55,006 nucleotides of DNA from an uncultured bacterium (GTDB lineage: Bacteria; Acidobacteriota; Terriglobia; Terriglobales; Acidobacteriaceae): positions 1 through 55,006 of the forward strand of contig CBJOJD010000001.1 of the NCBI GenBank assembly GCA_966443485.1, read 5' to 3'. This document shows, piece after piece, positions 41,776 to 52,090 of this stretch. The position numbers and the translations under genes are program-made. Numbering within the stretch: the first letter of the stretch is position 1; each line of letters starts with the position of its first letter. Under the pieces are notes generated by a model. The model was not told the DNA's origin. It was given only the letters and a program-made list of their open reading frames with translations, and made no database searches.

Positions 41776-42755
41776 GCGGTTGCCGGCCAGCGCGGCGAGA
41801 TGCGGATGAGGTCGAGGTTGCCCTGCGCTTCGACGACGAAGTTCGGGGAGGAAGCGGGGACGGCCACAATGCCGCGCTCGGGCAGCTCAATAGGTTCGAA
41901 GGCGTCGCTCTTGATGCGGGCGGAGCCGGCGGCTGCAAAGAGATAGGAGAGGCCCGGCTGCGGTTCGGCGGGGCTGAGCAGAGAGAGGCTGGAGCGCGAG
42001 ACGGTGACGGGAAGGCGCTCCACGCAGAAGTACTCGACGTCGATGAGCACGGTGCGGTCGGCGAGCTGCCTGGCTGGGAACTTCCCTGCCCGTGTCTGGA
42101 GGCGGGTGGCCTCAAGGGACTTTTCGATGTGCAGTTCGCGAGGGCGGCCGTAGTCGTACATGCGGTAGGTGAGGTCGCAGTTCTGCTGGGTTTCGAGCAG
42201 GATGGAACCGGGCCAGATGGCGTGCACGGTGCCGGCATCGACGAAGATCATGTCGCCCTTGTCGATGGAGAGCAGGTTGAGGCTTTCTTCGAGGGTGCCG
42301 CCCTGGATGCCCTCGCGGATCTTCTCCATGGTGACGCCGGGCTTGAGGCCGGCAGCGACCTGGGCTCCGGGCTCGGCGGCCAAGGCGTACCAGCACTCGG
42401 TCTTGCCGCGGGGATCGCCGTACTTCTGCGCCAGCTTGTCGTCGGGGTGAACCTGGACGCTGAGCTTCTCGCGCGCAAAGATCATCTTGACCAGCAGAGG
42501 GGACTCGACCTTGGGGGCCGAGGGGCCGAGCATGGCCTGGGGGAGCTCCTGAAAGATGTCGATCAGCTTCTTCCCGGCGTGAGGACCGGTGGCAGCCACG
42601 CATTCATCGCCGGTGAGCCAGACTTCGCCGATGGGTTCTTTTTCAGCGACGCGATCGTACCAGGGATGGAGGTCCTGGTAGCCCCAGACCCGGGCAACGA
42701 AACGGGGCTCGACGCGAAACGGCGAAAGCTGGGTGGGGGATGCCGATGAAGCCAT
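41772..42755 (-). CDS. manA: Type I mannose-6-phosphate isomerase
   Basis: VWG, GEVW, PLLVK, LSVQVHP, KTECW, GTVHAI and ETQQ..DLTYR motifs. Confidence 0.9.
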   Translation of the reverse strand: MASSASPTQLSPFRVEPRFVARVWGYQDLHPWYDRVAEKEPIGEVWLTGDECVAATGPHAGKKLIDIFQELPQAMLGPSAPKVESPLLVKMIFAREKLSVQVHPDDKLAQKYGDPRGKTECWYALAAEPGAQVAAGLKPGVTMEKIREGIQGGTLEESLNLLSIDKGDMIFVDAGTVHAIWPGSILLETQQNCDLTYRMYDYGRPRELHIEKSLEATRLQTRAGKFPARQLADRTVLIDVEYFCVERLPVTVSRSSLSLLSPAEPQPGLSYLFAAAGSARIKSDAFEPIELPERGIVAVPASSPNFVVEAQGNLDLIRISPRWPATA

Positions 42756-42866
42756 GTGTCCTCTTGTGAGTTGGAGTCGGCCGGCTGGCCATCTCGATTG
42801 TTTCATACGGTTTCGGGAGGTTAGCGGCCACCGGTACACAGGAACGCAGTGGCTGCAAGAAGAGAC

Positions 42867-42921
42867 GCAGGTCCTTCGACCGCGTTTGGCCGGAGCGGCC
42901 AAAACTCCGCTCAGGATGACA
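42867..42921. repeat. REP-like palindromic element
   Basis: GCAGGTCCTTCGAC...TTTGGCCG-GAG-CGGCCAAA...CGCTCAGGATGACA; recalled as a dispersed repeat type. Single copy in this window. Confidence 0.6.
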
Positions 42922-43191
42922 AGCCTAGCAGGAATCGGGGGATGCTCTGGGTGACGGATTGAGCTGGATTCAAGATGAGAACAGCGGGTTAGCTCCGCGG
43001 TGCGGAGTAGCCAATCAGCAGGTCAGGGGCCGGATGATTCAAGTATCTCAAAAAAGAGGTAATTGATCGGCAAAACCGAAGCTTTTAGAATCAGTGGGTT
43101 ACAACTATTTGCTCTTGACAAGATTTTGGGCGCGGGGGCAGGCGAAGCGAGGTCTGGAGTGCGCCAGGGAGACGGCAGCTAGGATGGGCGT

Positions 43192-43611
43192 ATGAGCTGG
43201 ATTGTCTGGGCTTTGCTTTCGGCCCTCTTCGCTGCGGCAACCGCGCTGCTGGCCAAGGTGGGGGTGGCGCACGTGGACTCCAATTTGGCCACGGCGGTGC
43301 GTACCACCGTAGTGGTGGTGTTTGCATGGGGGATCGCCCTGGCGCTGGGCAAGCACGGAGAGCTTCGGGATCTGGACCGGCGCACTATCCTGTTTCTCAC
43401 GCTGTCGGGGCTGGCGACTGGGCTCTCCTGGATCTGCTATTTCCGGGCGCTCCAGCTCGGTCCGGCGTCGCGGGTAGCGCCATTAGACAAGATGAGCGTT
43501 CCACTGGTGATGCTGTTTGCCTGGCTGCTACTAGGGGAGAAGCTGAGCGGGACGGTCGTCGTGGGCGGTCTGCTGATCACCGCGGGAGCCGTGGTGATGG
43601 TGCTGGGCTGA
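43192..43611 (+). CDS. Single-domain EamA/DMT family transporter
   Basis: Five TM helices; ALLSALFAA, ATAVRT, GLSWICYFRAL and LLGEKL motifs. Confidence 0.9.
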   Translation: MSWIVWALLSALFAAATALLAKVGVAHVDSNLATAVRTTVVVVFAWGIALALGKHGELRDLDRRTILFLTLSGLATGLSWICYFRALQLGPASRVAPLDKMSVPLVMLFAWLLLGEKLSGTVVVGGLLITAGAVVMVLG

Positions 43612-43639
43612 AGACCGTATGCTGAGAGAAGAAATTCCA

Positions 43640-44197
43640 ATGACCGCCGAGACTCCAACACAGACCAGCTCCGCCGCCGTACGTCGCATTGTGCTCACCG
43701 GGTTCATGGGATCGGGCAAGAGCACGGTGGGCCCCCTTCTCGCCAAGCGCCTGGGATGGCGCTTTCTGGACGTAGACCACGTGATTGAGGCCGAGGCTGG
43801 TATGGCGATCAGCGCGTTCTTTGCCCAGCATGGTGAACCGGCTTTTCGCGACCTGGAGCATCGGACGATCGCACGCCTGGCTGAGGAGGAACATCTTGTG
43901 CTGGCGCTGGGGGGCGGAGCCATTGAAACGGCGGAGACCCGCGAGCTGCTGCTGGGTGGTCCGGGGACTCTGCTGGTGCATCTCGAAGTAGCACTGGAGA
44001 CAACACTTACCCGCTGCCGCGGCACGGAGCACACCCGCCCGGTGTTGGCGGATCAGGCAAATCTGGCGGCGCGTTACGAACGGCGTATGCCGCTGTACCG
44101 GAGGGCGCATGTGTCGATCGAGGTGGACAAGCTCAATCCGAGGCAGGTGGCTGACGCGGTCCTCGAGGCGGCGGGATTGGCGAAAGCGGGAGGTTGA
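43640..44197 (+). CDS. aroK: Shikimate kinase
   Basis: LTGFMGSGKS, GEPAFRDLE, LGGG, RPVL and R.PLY motifs. Start is 43619 or 43640. Confidence 0.93.
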   Translation: MTAETPTQTSSAAVRRIVLTGFMGSGKSTVGPLLAKRLGWRFLDVDHVIEAEAGMAISAFFAQHGEPAFRDLEHRTIARLAEEEHLVLALGGGAIETAETRELLLGGPGTLLVHLEVALETTLTRCRGTEHTRPVLADQANLAARYERRMPLYRRAHVSIEVDKLNPRQVADAVLEAAGLAKAGG

Positions 44198-44233
44198 CTA
44201 CACGTGCTGCACGTGCTACACGTATTGCACGTG
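44194..44233 (+). promoter_or_regulatory. Putative TA promoter/operator with four tandem 9-mers
   Basis: TTGACT overlapping ctacacgtg ctgcacgtg ctacacgta ttgcacgtg. Confidence 0.7.
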
Positions 44234-44246
44234 ACGGAGAAGCACC

Positions 44247-44501
44247 ATGGCAACTGCTTCTCAAGATGGCAAGCAAAATATCACCCTGCGTCTGAGCCGG
44301 GAAACGATTCGCAAAGCGCGGATCCTGGCTGCCCATCGGTCTACCTCACTGAGCGGGTTGCTGTCGGACGAGATCGAGCGCCTCGCCGGGGGAGAGGACG
44401 AGTATAACCAGGCGATGCGGCGCGCGATCGACCGAATGAGGAAGGGTTACGATCTCGGCGGCGTGCACGCGATAGATCGGGATGCGCTCCATGAGCGCTA
44501 A
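44247..44501 (+). CDS. Putative ribbon-helix-helix antitoxin (VapB-type)
   Basis: KQNITLRL strand, helix, TSLSGLL helix; RDALHER tail overlapping the toxin start. Confidence 0.8.
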   Translation: MATASQDGKQNITLRLSRETIRKARILAAHRSTSLSGLLSDEIERLAGGEDEYNQAMRRAIDRMRKGYDLGGVHAIDRDALHER

Positions 44502-44910
44502 GACCTTCATCGATGCCAACGTCCTTGTCTACGCCCACGACGCAAACGCCGGAAGGAAGCATGAAGCTGCCCGCTCGACGCTGGAGCTACTGGCGACTCG
44601 GAGAGAGGGCATCCTGAGCATGCAAGTGCTGCAGGAGTTCTACGTCACGGTCACTCGAAAGCTGGCGTCCCCCTTGCCCCGCAGCGAAGCTCGCGCCATT
44701 GTCGACGACTTTGCCTGGTGGTGCGTTCCGACCTCGCCGGATGAGATTCGGCTGGCGTTTCGAATTGAGGACGAGGCCAAACTCAGCTTTTGGGACGCGC
44801 TGATTGTTGCGGCGGCGGTGAAGGGCGGAGCGGCGCGGATACTCTCCGAGGACCTGAATTCAGGGCAGATGATCCACGGAATTCGGGTGGAGAATCCCTT
44901 CGCGTCCTGA
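44491..44910 (+). CDS. vapC: PIN-domain toxin (VapC family)
   Basis: FIDANVLVY, QVLQEF, SFWDALI and SEDL acidic residues. Confidence 0.9.
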   Translation: MSAKTFIDANVLVYAHDANAGRKHEAARSTLELLATRREGILSMQVLQEFYVTVTRKLASPLPRSEARAIVDDFAWWCVPTSPDEIRLAFRIEDEAKLSFWDALIVAAAVKGGAARILSEDLNSGQMIHGIRVENPFAS

Positions 44911-45022
44911 TCAAGAAACGTGGGAATTGGCGGGTTCGGGCGCAGAAACTGCCGAATTGATATCATCGGAGGTGGACCCGGCGCCTGCCGGGCACTTCCC
45001 GCCGAGGTCGCAGTCAGCCCGC

Positions 45023-46012
45023 ATGGCCCATGTTTCTCACGCCGCTGTACCGGTTGAACTTCACGCTTCCGATGCTGGGTCAGCTCACGCACTGCACGCG
45101 CCGCAACCGGGCGCTACGGCACGGCTGATCCACGACTGTCGCGAGCTTTTCAAGGTCCGCGTGACCGGGATGGTCGTCATCACCGGATGGGCGGGGTTCT
45201 ACCTGGGATCGATGCAATCGGGCATCTCCAGTATGCAGAGAGGTCTGCTGGACACGTTGTTTGGGATCGGACTGATCTCCGCGGGTTCCAGCGCGCTGAA
45301 CCAGGCATTGGAGCGCAAGTCGGATGCGCGCATGAAGCGCACGGCGGACCGGCCGCTGGCGGCAGGGCGCTATCCCCTGGCACTGGGCGTGCTCGCCGGA
45401 ATTGGCGCATTGGCCCTGGGCGGCGGGTGGCTGCTGCTGCACACGAATCTGCTGACGGTGGCGTTGGCATTGCTGACCGCGTTCACCTACGTGGCGATTT
45501 ACACGCCGCTCAAGCGGGTCACCACGATGGCGACGTTCATTGGTGCGTTTCCGGGAGCGATGGGACCGATGCTGGGCTGGGTGGCGGCGCGGGATCGCAT
45601 CGAATGGCCAGCAGTGGCGTTGTTCGCCATCTTGTTTGTGTGGCAGTTTCCGCATTTCATGGCGATTGCGTGGATGTACCGCGAGGAGTATGGCAAGGCG
45701 GGGATCAAGATGCTGCCGGTGGTGCAGCCGGATGGCTGGTCGACCGTGGTGGAAGCGCTGTTCTATGCGGTGCTGATGATTCCCGTGAGCCTGGCGCCCT
45801 GGAAGCTGGGGATGACTGGAGTCGCGTACGCGTGCATCGCGGGAGTACTGGGGCTGTTTTATCTGGCTTATACGATCCGATTCGCGGGAATTTTGCGTAC
45901 CAAAGATGCGGCGGTGAGCCGGATGCTGGCGCGCGATCTGCTGAAGGTGAGCGTGATTTATCTGCCGCTGCTGATGACGACGTTGATGCTGTGCGCCATC
46001 GTTAAGCACTAG
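45023..46012 (+). CDS. cyoE: Protoheme IX farnesyltransferase (heme O synthase)
   Basis: NQALERKSDARMKRTADRPL, YTPLKR, GAFPGA and WQFPHF motifs. Alternative GTG start at 44972. Confidence 0.93.
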   Translation: MAHVSHAAVPVELHASDAGSAHALHAPQPGATARLIHDCRELFKVRVTGMVVITGWAGFYLGSMQSGISSMQRGLLDTLFGIGLISAGSSALNQALERKSDARMKRTADRPLAAGRYPLALGVLAGIGALALGGGWLLLHTNLLTVALALLTAFTYVAIYTPLKRVTTMATFIGAFPGAMGPMLGWVAARDRIEWPAVALFAILFVWQFPHFMAIAWMYREEYGKAGIKMLPVVQPDGWSTVVEALFYAVLMIPVSLAPWKLGMTGVAYACIAGVLGLFYLAYTIRFAGILRTKDAAVSRMLARDLLKVSVIYLPLLMTTLMLCAIVKH

Positions 46013-46027
46013 ACTTAAGGAAAGACC

Positions 46028-46591
46028 ATGACGACCGTAGCTCCCTCTGCAACGCAGCCCACGGGCACCCGTCCCGTGATAGCTGCCATCCTGGCTATCA
46101 GCGCCGCAGCTACGCTGTTTTTGTTTTGGCTGATCTATGTGCATCCGGCGTCGGATGCAGCCAGCGTGCGATTCGCGTTTTTGCCACCGCTGAACGCGTT
46201 GATGAATGGGCTGAGCGCCACGGCGCTGCTGATCGGATTCACCTTTATTCGTTCCCGCCGCATTGCCGCGCATCGGCGGTCGATGATTACAGCGTTCATT
46301 TTCTCCACGTTGTTTCTGGTGGGCTACATCGCCCATCACGCGCTGCATGGGGATGTGCGCTACCCGGTACACGCGGCCTTCCGAAGCTTCTATCTCTGGC
46401 TGTTGGCCAGCCACATCATTCTGGCCATTGTGGCTCTGCCGATGATCCTGGTTACGTTCTTCTTCTCCCTGAGCGGGCGGTTCCCGCAGCATCGCAAGAT
46501 TGCGCGCTGGACGTTTCCGCTGTGGTTCTACGTTTCCGTAACCGGCGTGATCACGTATGTGATGCTGCGCCTGGCCATGAGTCAAGGGTGA
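46028..46591 (+). CDS. DUF420 family membrane protein
   Basis: LNA.MN, H...MI.AF..S..FL..Y, SHI.L, HRKIAR and YVSVTGV motifs; adjacent to cyoE. Confidence 0.88.
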   Translation: MTTVAPSATQPTGTRPVIAAILAISAAATLFLFWLIYVHPASDAASVRFAFLPPLNALMNGLSATALLIGFTFIRSRRIAAHRRSMITAFIFSTLFLVGYIAHHALHGDVRYPVHAAFRSFYLWLLASHIILAIVALPMILVTFFFSLSGRFPQHRKIARWTFPLWFYVSVTGVITYVMLRLAMSQG

Positions 46592-46884
46592 TGATGGCCG
46601 AGCGCACGACCAGCACACATTCGAAGGATTCGGCGGCACTCTCGAGGGATGACGGCACGCTGCAGCTGCTGCGCTGGGGCGGCTCCATGGTGGGCGCCGG
46701 CGTACTGGCTGCGCTGTTGCTGGAGACGGTATTTGGCGGCTTTGGACCTACGGGGGCAAGCACCAACGCCGGCTGGCTGGCGCTGATTGTTGCGTTGATG
46801 TGCCTGCCGTTTGGCGGGCTGCTGCTGATGCTGGGCGTTGCCAAGTGGCTGCGCAACCGCTCCCTGGCCAGCAAGCGAAGCTAG
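46591..46884 (+). CDS. Hypothetical two-TM protein
   Basis: Start overlaps the DUF420 stop codon; two hydrophobic helices and a basic tail. Confidence 0.6.
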   Translation: MMAERTTSTHSKDSAALSRDDGTLQLLRWGGSMVGAGVLAALLLETVFGGFGPTGASTNAGWLALIVALMCLPFGGLLLMLGVAKWLRNRSLASKRS

Positions 46885-46983
46885 AGGCGCTTCGCTCGCG
46901 AGCGATCCATTCAGAACAATTCATCTGCACAGACCATCCTGGGCAGCGTCGTGCCGAAGCATTCCTATCAACTCACCTTCGAA

Positions 46984-49491
46984 CTAGCGGAAGGTGAGTT
47001 GATAGGAGCTTCCTGCTTTCAGGTTTAGTGCTCCGCTGGAGGGCCGCGGAACGGGTTGTCCTGCGAGGGTCTTGACGGCCGCGATCGATTGGCCGGTGGG
47101 TGGAATCAGTTGCACTGCGGTGTTGGCCTGAGCGTGCAGTGTGAGCGAAACGACCTTGTTGTGATCCCACTGCATGTCGATTGCGAGGCCACCGCGAGCG
47201 CGCAGACGTTGTATCGATCCTTGCGCCCACTGTTCGGGGAGAGCGGGCAGCAGACGGAGTTCGGAGCCTGCGGGGGTCCAGCGCGATTGCACCAGAGCCT
47301 CAAGCATTCCATTGGCAGCACCGAGATTGCCGTCGATCTGGAAGACGCCGGGCGGATGGGTGTCCATGAGGTTGGGGAAGGTCGATTGCCGGATCATGAC
47401 CTGCAAGCTGTCGTAGGCCTGCTTGCCGTCGTACAGGTGGTCCCAGTAGTTGACGACCCAGGCGCGCGACCATCCGGTCTGGCCTCCCCCGAAGGACAGC
47501 CTGCGCTCAAGGGTGGTGCGCGCCGCTTTCGCGAGGTCCGGAGTGTGATCGGGAGAGATCTGGGTGCCTGGGAAGAGGGCCCAGAGATGGGAGATGTGGC
47601 GATGACCGGGCTCGGGCTCGTCGTAGTCACGCTGCCACTCCTGCAACTGACCGTACTTGCCCACGGCGAAGGGCGGCAGCTTGTCCATGGCAGCTTTCAC
47701 GCTGTGAAGGAATTCAGGGTTTTCGCCGAGGACGTGGCCAGCGTCGAGGGTGCGGGTGAAGAGCTCGCGCACAATTTCGATGTCCATGGTGGGGGCCATG
47801 GTCAAGGAGTGATTGGTGCCGTCGGGCAAGCGATAGCGGTTCTCAGGGGAGATGGAGGGGCCGGTGACCAGGTGACCAGCTCCGTCATCGACGAGGTAGT
47901 CGAGGAAGAACAGAGAAGCATCGTGGAGGATGGGCCAGGCCCGAGTACGCAAATAGTCCTTGTCGAGAGTGAAGGCGTAGTGATCCCAGGCTTGCATGGA
48001 GAGCCATGCGCCGCCCATGGGCCAGATGCCCCATTGATAGCCGTCGATGGGGTCGGCATCGCCCCACAGGTCAGTGTTGTGATGGATGACGAATCCGCGC
48101 GCGTGGTAGTAGGTCTGCGCGACCTGGGTGCCAGTGCCTGAGGAGGGCGTACGCACCATGTCGATGAGGTTGACGAGGGGCAGCGTCGCATCGCCAAGGC
48201 CAGCGGGCTCGGCAAGCCAGTAGTTCATCTCCGTGTTGGCGTTGATGGTCCACTTGGATCCCCAGGGATTGTCGATGCCTGCGGCCCAGATGCCCTGCAG
48301 ATTGGCAGGCAAGCCGTTGGGACGCGAGGAGCTGATGAGCAGGTAGCGGGCGAAGTTGAAGTAGAGTTCCTGGAGGCCGAGATCGTCCGCGCCTTCGCTG
48401 ACGCGCTTCACGCGAACATCGGTGGGGAGGTCGTCACTGGCGGTGTGCTGAGAACCGAGATGAAGCGACATACGCTGGAAGGCCGGCCGGTAGACTGCCT
48501 GCTGACGCTTGAGCAGATCGTCGGCACTCCGCACGCGAGCGAGTTGCAGCGCATGATTGCATTGCTGCGTGGGATCGCCGCCGGCGAAGGGACCGCCTTT
48601 GAAGTCAGTGGCAGCGGCGATCAAGACGGTTACGGAGTCGGCATCTTCGACGACGATCTCAGAGTCCTGAGCATGCACGGAACCGCCGGAGGGAAGAAAG
48701 AGGACCTCTCCGGCAAAGCGGATCTGGTCCTTGTGATCGGGACCTTCGCGCAACAGGAGCGTGTCTTGACCTTGCGCGGTGACGGTGAAGTCCGCAGGGC
48801 GGTCCATGCTGGCGCGGAAGGAGATTGCCTTTTCGCGGTCGGCGGTGAGGCGCACTACGATGACCTCGTCGGGCACGGAGGCGAAGACCTCCCGGGTGTA
48901 GTGCACGCCGCCCATTTGATAAGTGACTCTGACGATGCCAGTGGAGAGGTCCAGTTGCCGACGATAGTTGCTGACCGGGCCGGTCTTGGAGGAACGCAGG
49001 TAGAGATCGCCGAGAGTGCTGTATCCGGGCATGCCGGCGGGGATGCCGATCATGTCGTCTTGCGCCATCTTTTCGGCTTCGGAGATCTTGGCGCCGTCGA
49101 GGCCTTTGGAGTCGAGCAGCAGCTTGCGGATTTCGGGAACGGCCTGGTGAGCGCGGGGATTGAGCCTGTCGGCGCGAGAACCTCTCCAAAGCGATGACTC
49201 GTTGAGCTGAAGGTGCTCGTCGGCTGCGGAGGTCTGGGAACCGTCCATGAGCGGCGCGTTCTTGGGGGAGACTTGGAGGTCTCCGTTATTGGCACCGGTG
49301 TTGGCGCCACCGAAGACCATAGCACCAAGGCGGCCATTGCCGACGGGAAGCGCGTGATCCCAGACGGGGGCTGGAGTCTGATACCAGAGCACGTCGCGAG
49401 GGTCAGAGCTTTGCGCCGGGGCGACCGTGCCGGTGAGCGCGGGGAGGAGCGAGCAGGCCACAACGGTGAGCAGCTTCGGGATTCGAGTCAT
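46984..49491 (-). CDS. Glycoside hydrolase family 95 (alpha-L-fucosidase/galactosidase)
   Basis: ALPVGNGRLGAM, RYLLISSSR, NLQGIW, NTEMNYW, SPEN, HRHISHL and FQIDGN motifs; signal peptide. Confidence 0.93.
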   Translation of the reverse strand: MTRIPKLLTVVACSLLPALTGTVAPAQSSDPRDVLWYQTPAPVWDHALPVGNGRLGAMVFGGANTGANNGDLQVSPKNAPLMDGSQTSAADEHLQLNESSLWRGSRADRLNPRAHQAVPEIRKLLLDSKGLDGAKISEAEKMAQDDMIGIPAGMPGYSTLGDLYLRSSKTGPVSNYRRQLDLSTGIVRVTYQMGGVHYTREVFASVPDEVIVVRLTADREKAISFRASMDRPADFTVTAQGQDTLLLREGPDHKDQIRFAGEVLFLPSGGSVHAQDSEIVVEDADSVTVLIAAATDFKGGPFAGGDPTQQCNHALQLARVRSADDLLKRQQAVYRPAFQRMSLHLGSQHTASDDLPTDVRVKRVSEGADDLGLQELYFNFARYLLISSSRPNGLPANLQGIWAAGIDNPWGSKWTINANTEMNYWLAEPAGLGDATLPLVNLIDMVRTPSSGTGTQVAQTYYHARGFVIHHNTDLWGDADPIDGYQWGIWPMGGAWLSMQAWDHYAFTLDKDYLRTRAWPILHDASLFFLDYLVDDGAGHLVTGPSISPENRYRLPDGTNHSLTMAPTMDIEIVRELFTRTLDAGHVLGENPEFLHSVKAAMDKLPPFAVGKYGQLQEWQRDYDEPEPGHRHISHLWALFPGTQISPDHTPDLAKAARTTLERRLSFGGGQTGWSRAWVVNYWDHLYDGKQAYDSLQVMIRQSTFPNLMDTHPPGVFQIDGNLGAANGMLEALVQSRWTPAGSELRLLPALPEQWAQGSIQRLRARGGLAIDMQWDHNKVVSLTLHAQANTAVQLIPPTGQSIAAVKTLAGQPVPRPSSGALNLKAGSSYQLTFR

Positions 49492-49559
49492 CGTATTGAA
49501 TGTAGCGTAGCGGCGAGGCTGAGTTTGCAATTGGTGGAGGATCAAGCGCGGGTCCTGGG

Positions 49560-49592
49560 GCTGTGTTTGGCCGAAGGCCAGCCAAACACAGC
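49560..49592. other. Perfect 12-bp intergenic inverted repeat
   Basis: GCTGTGTTTGGC-9 nt-GCCAAACACAGC. Confidence 0.7.
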
Positions 49593-49636
49593 TAACCCGG
49601 AGCGGGATGGTTCACGGGCGAATGTTGCTGTGGAGG

Positions 49637-51868
<2,232 letters not shown>

Positions 51869-51925
51869 GGAAATCAGAGGAGGGCGAAGTTCGTGTTCAC
51901 TCCAAGATTCAGCACTCATGAATGC

Positions 51926-51940
51926 ATCGATGATTTCGAT
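51926..51940. promoter_or_regulatory. Putative LysR box 2 (ATC-N9-GAT)
   Basis: ATCGATGATTTCGAT upstream of a TATAGT at 51988-51993 before the GH51 gene. Confidence 0.6.
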
Positions 51941-52090
51941 ATAAATAAAGCGATTTATTACTGTTGCCGGTCTTTACTTCCCCTCTGTATAGTCGACATT
52001 CGATTGACCTCTCCGAAGAAAATCTGAGCTCAAATTCCGGAGCGCGTGATTCGCCTCGCAGGCGCACGGCTGATCCGGAGGAGAACGAAT

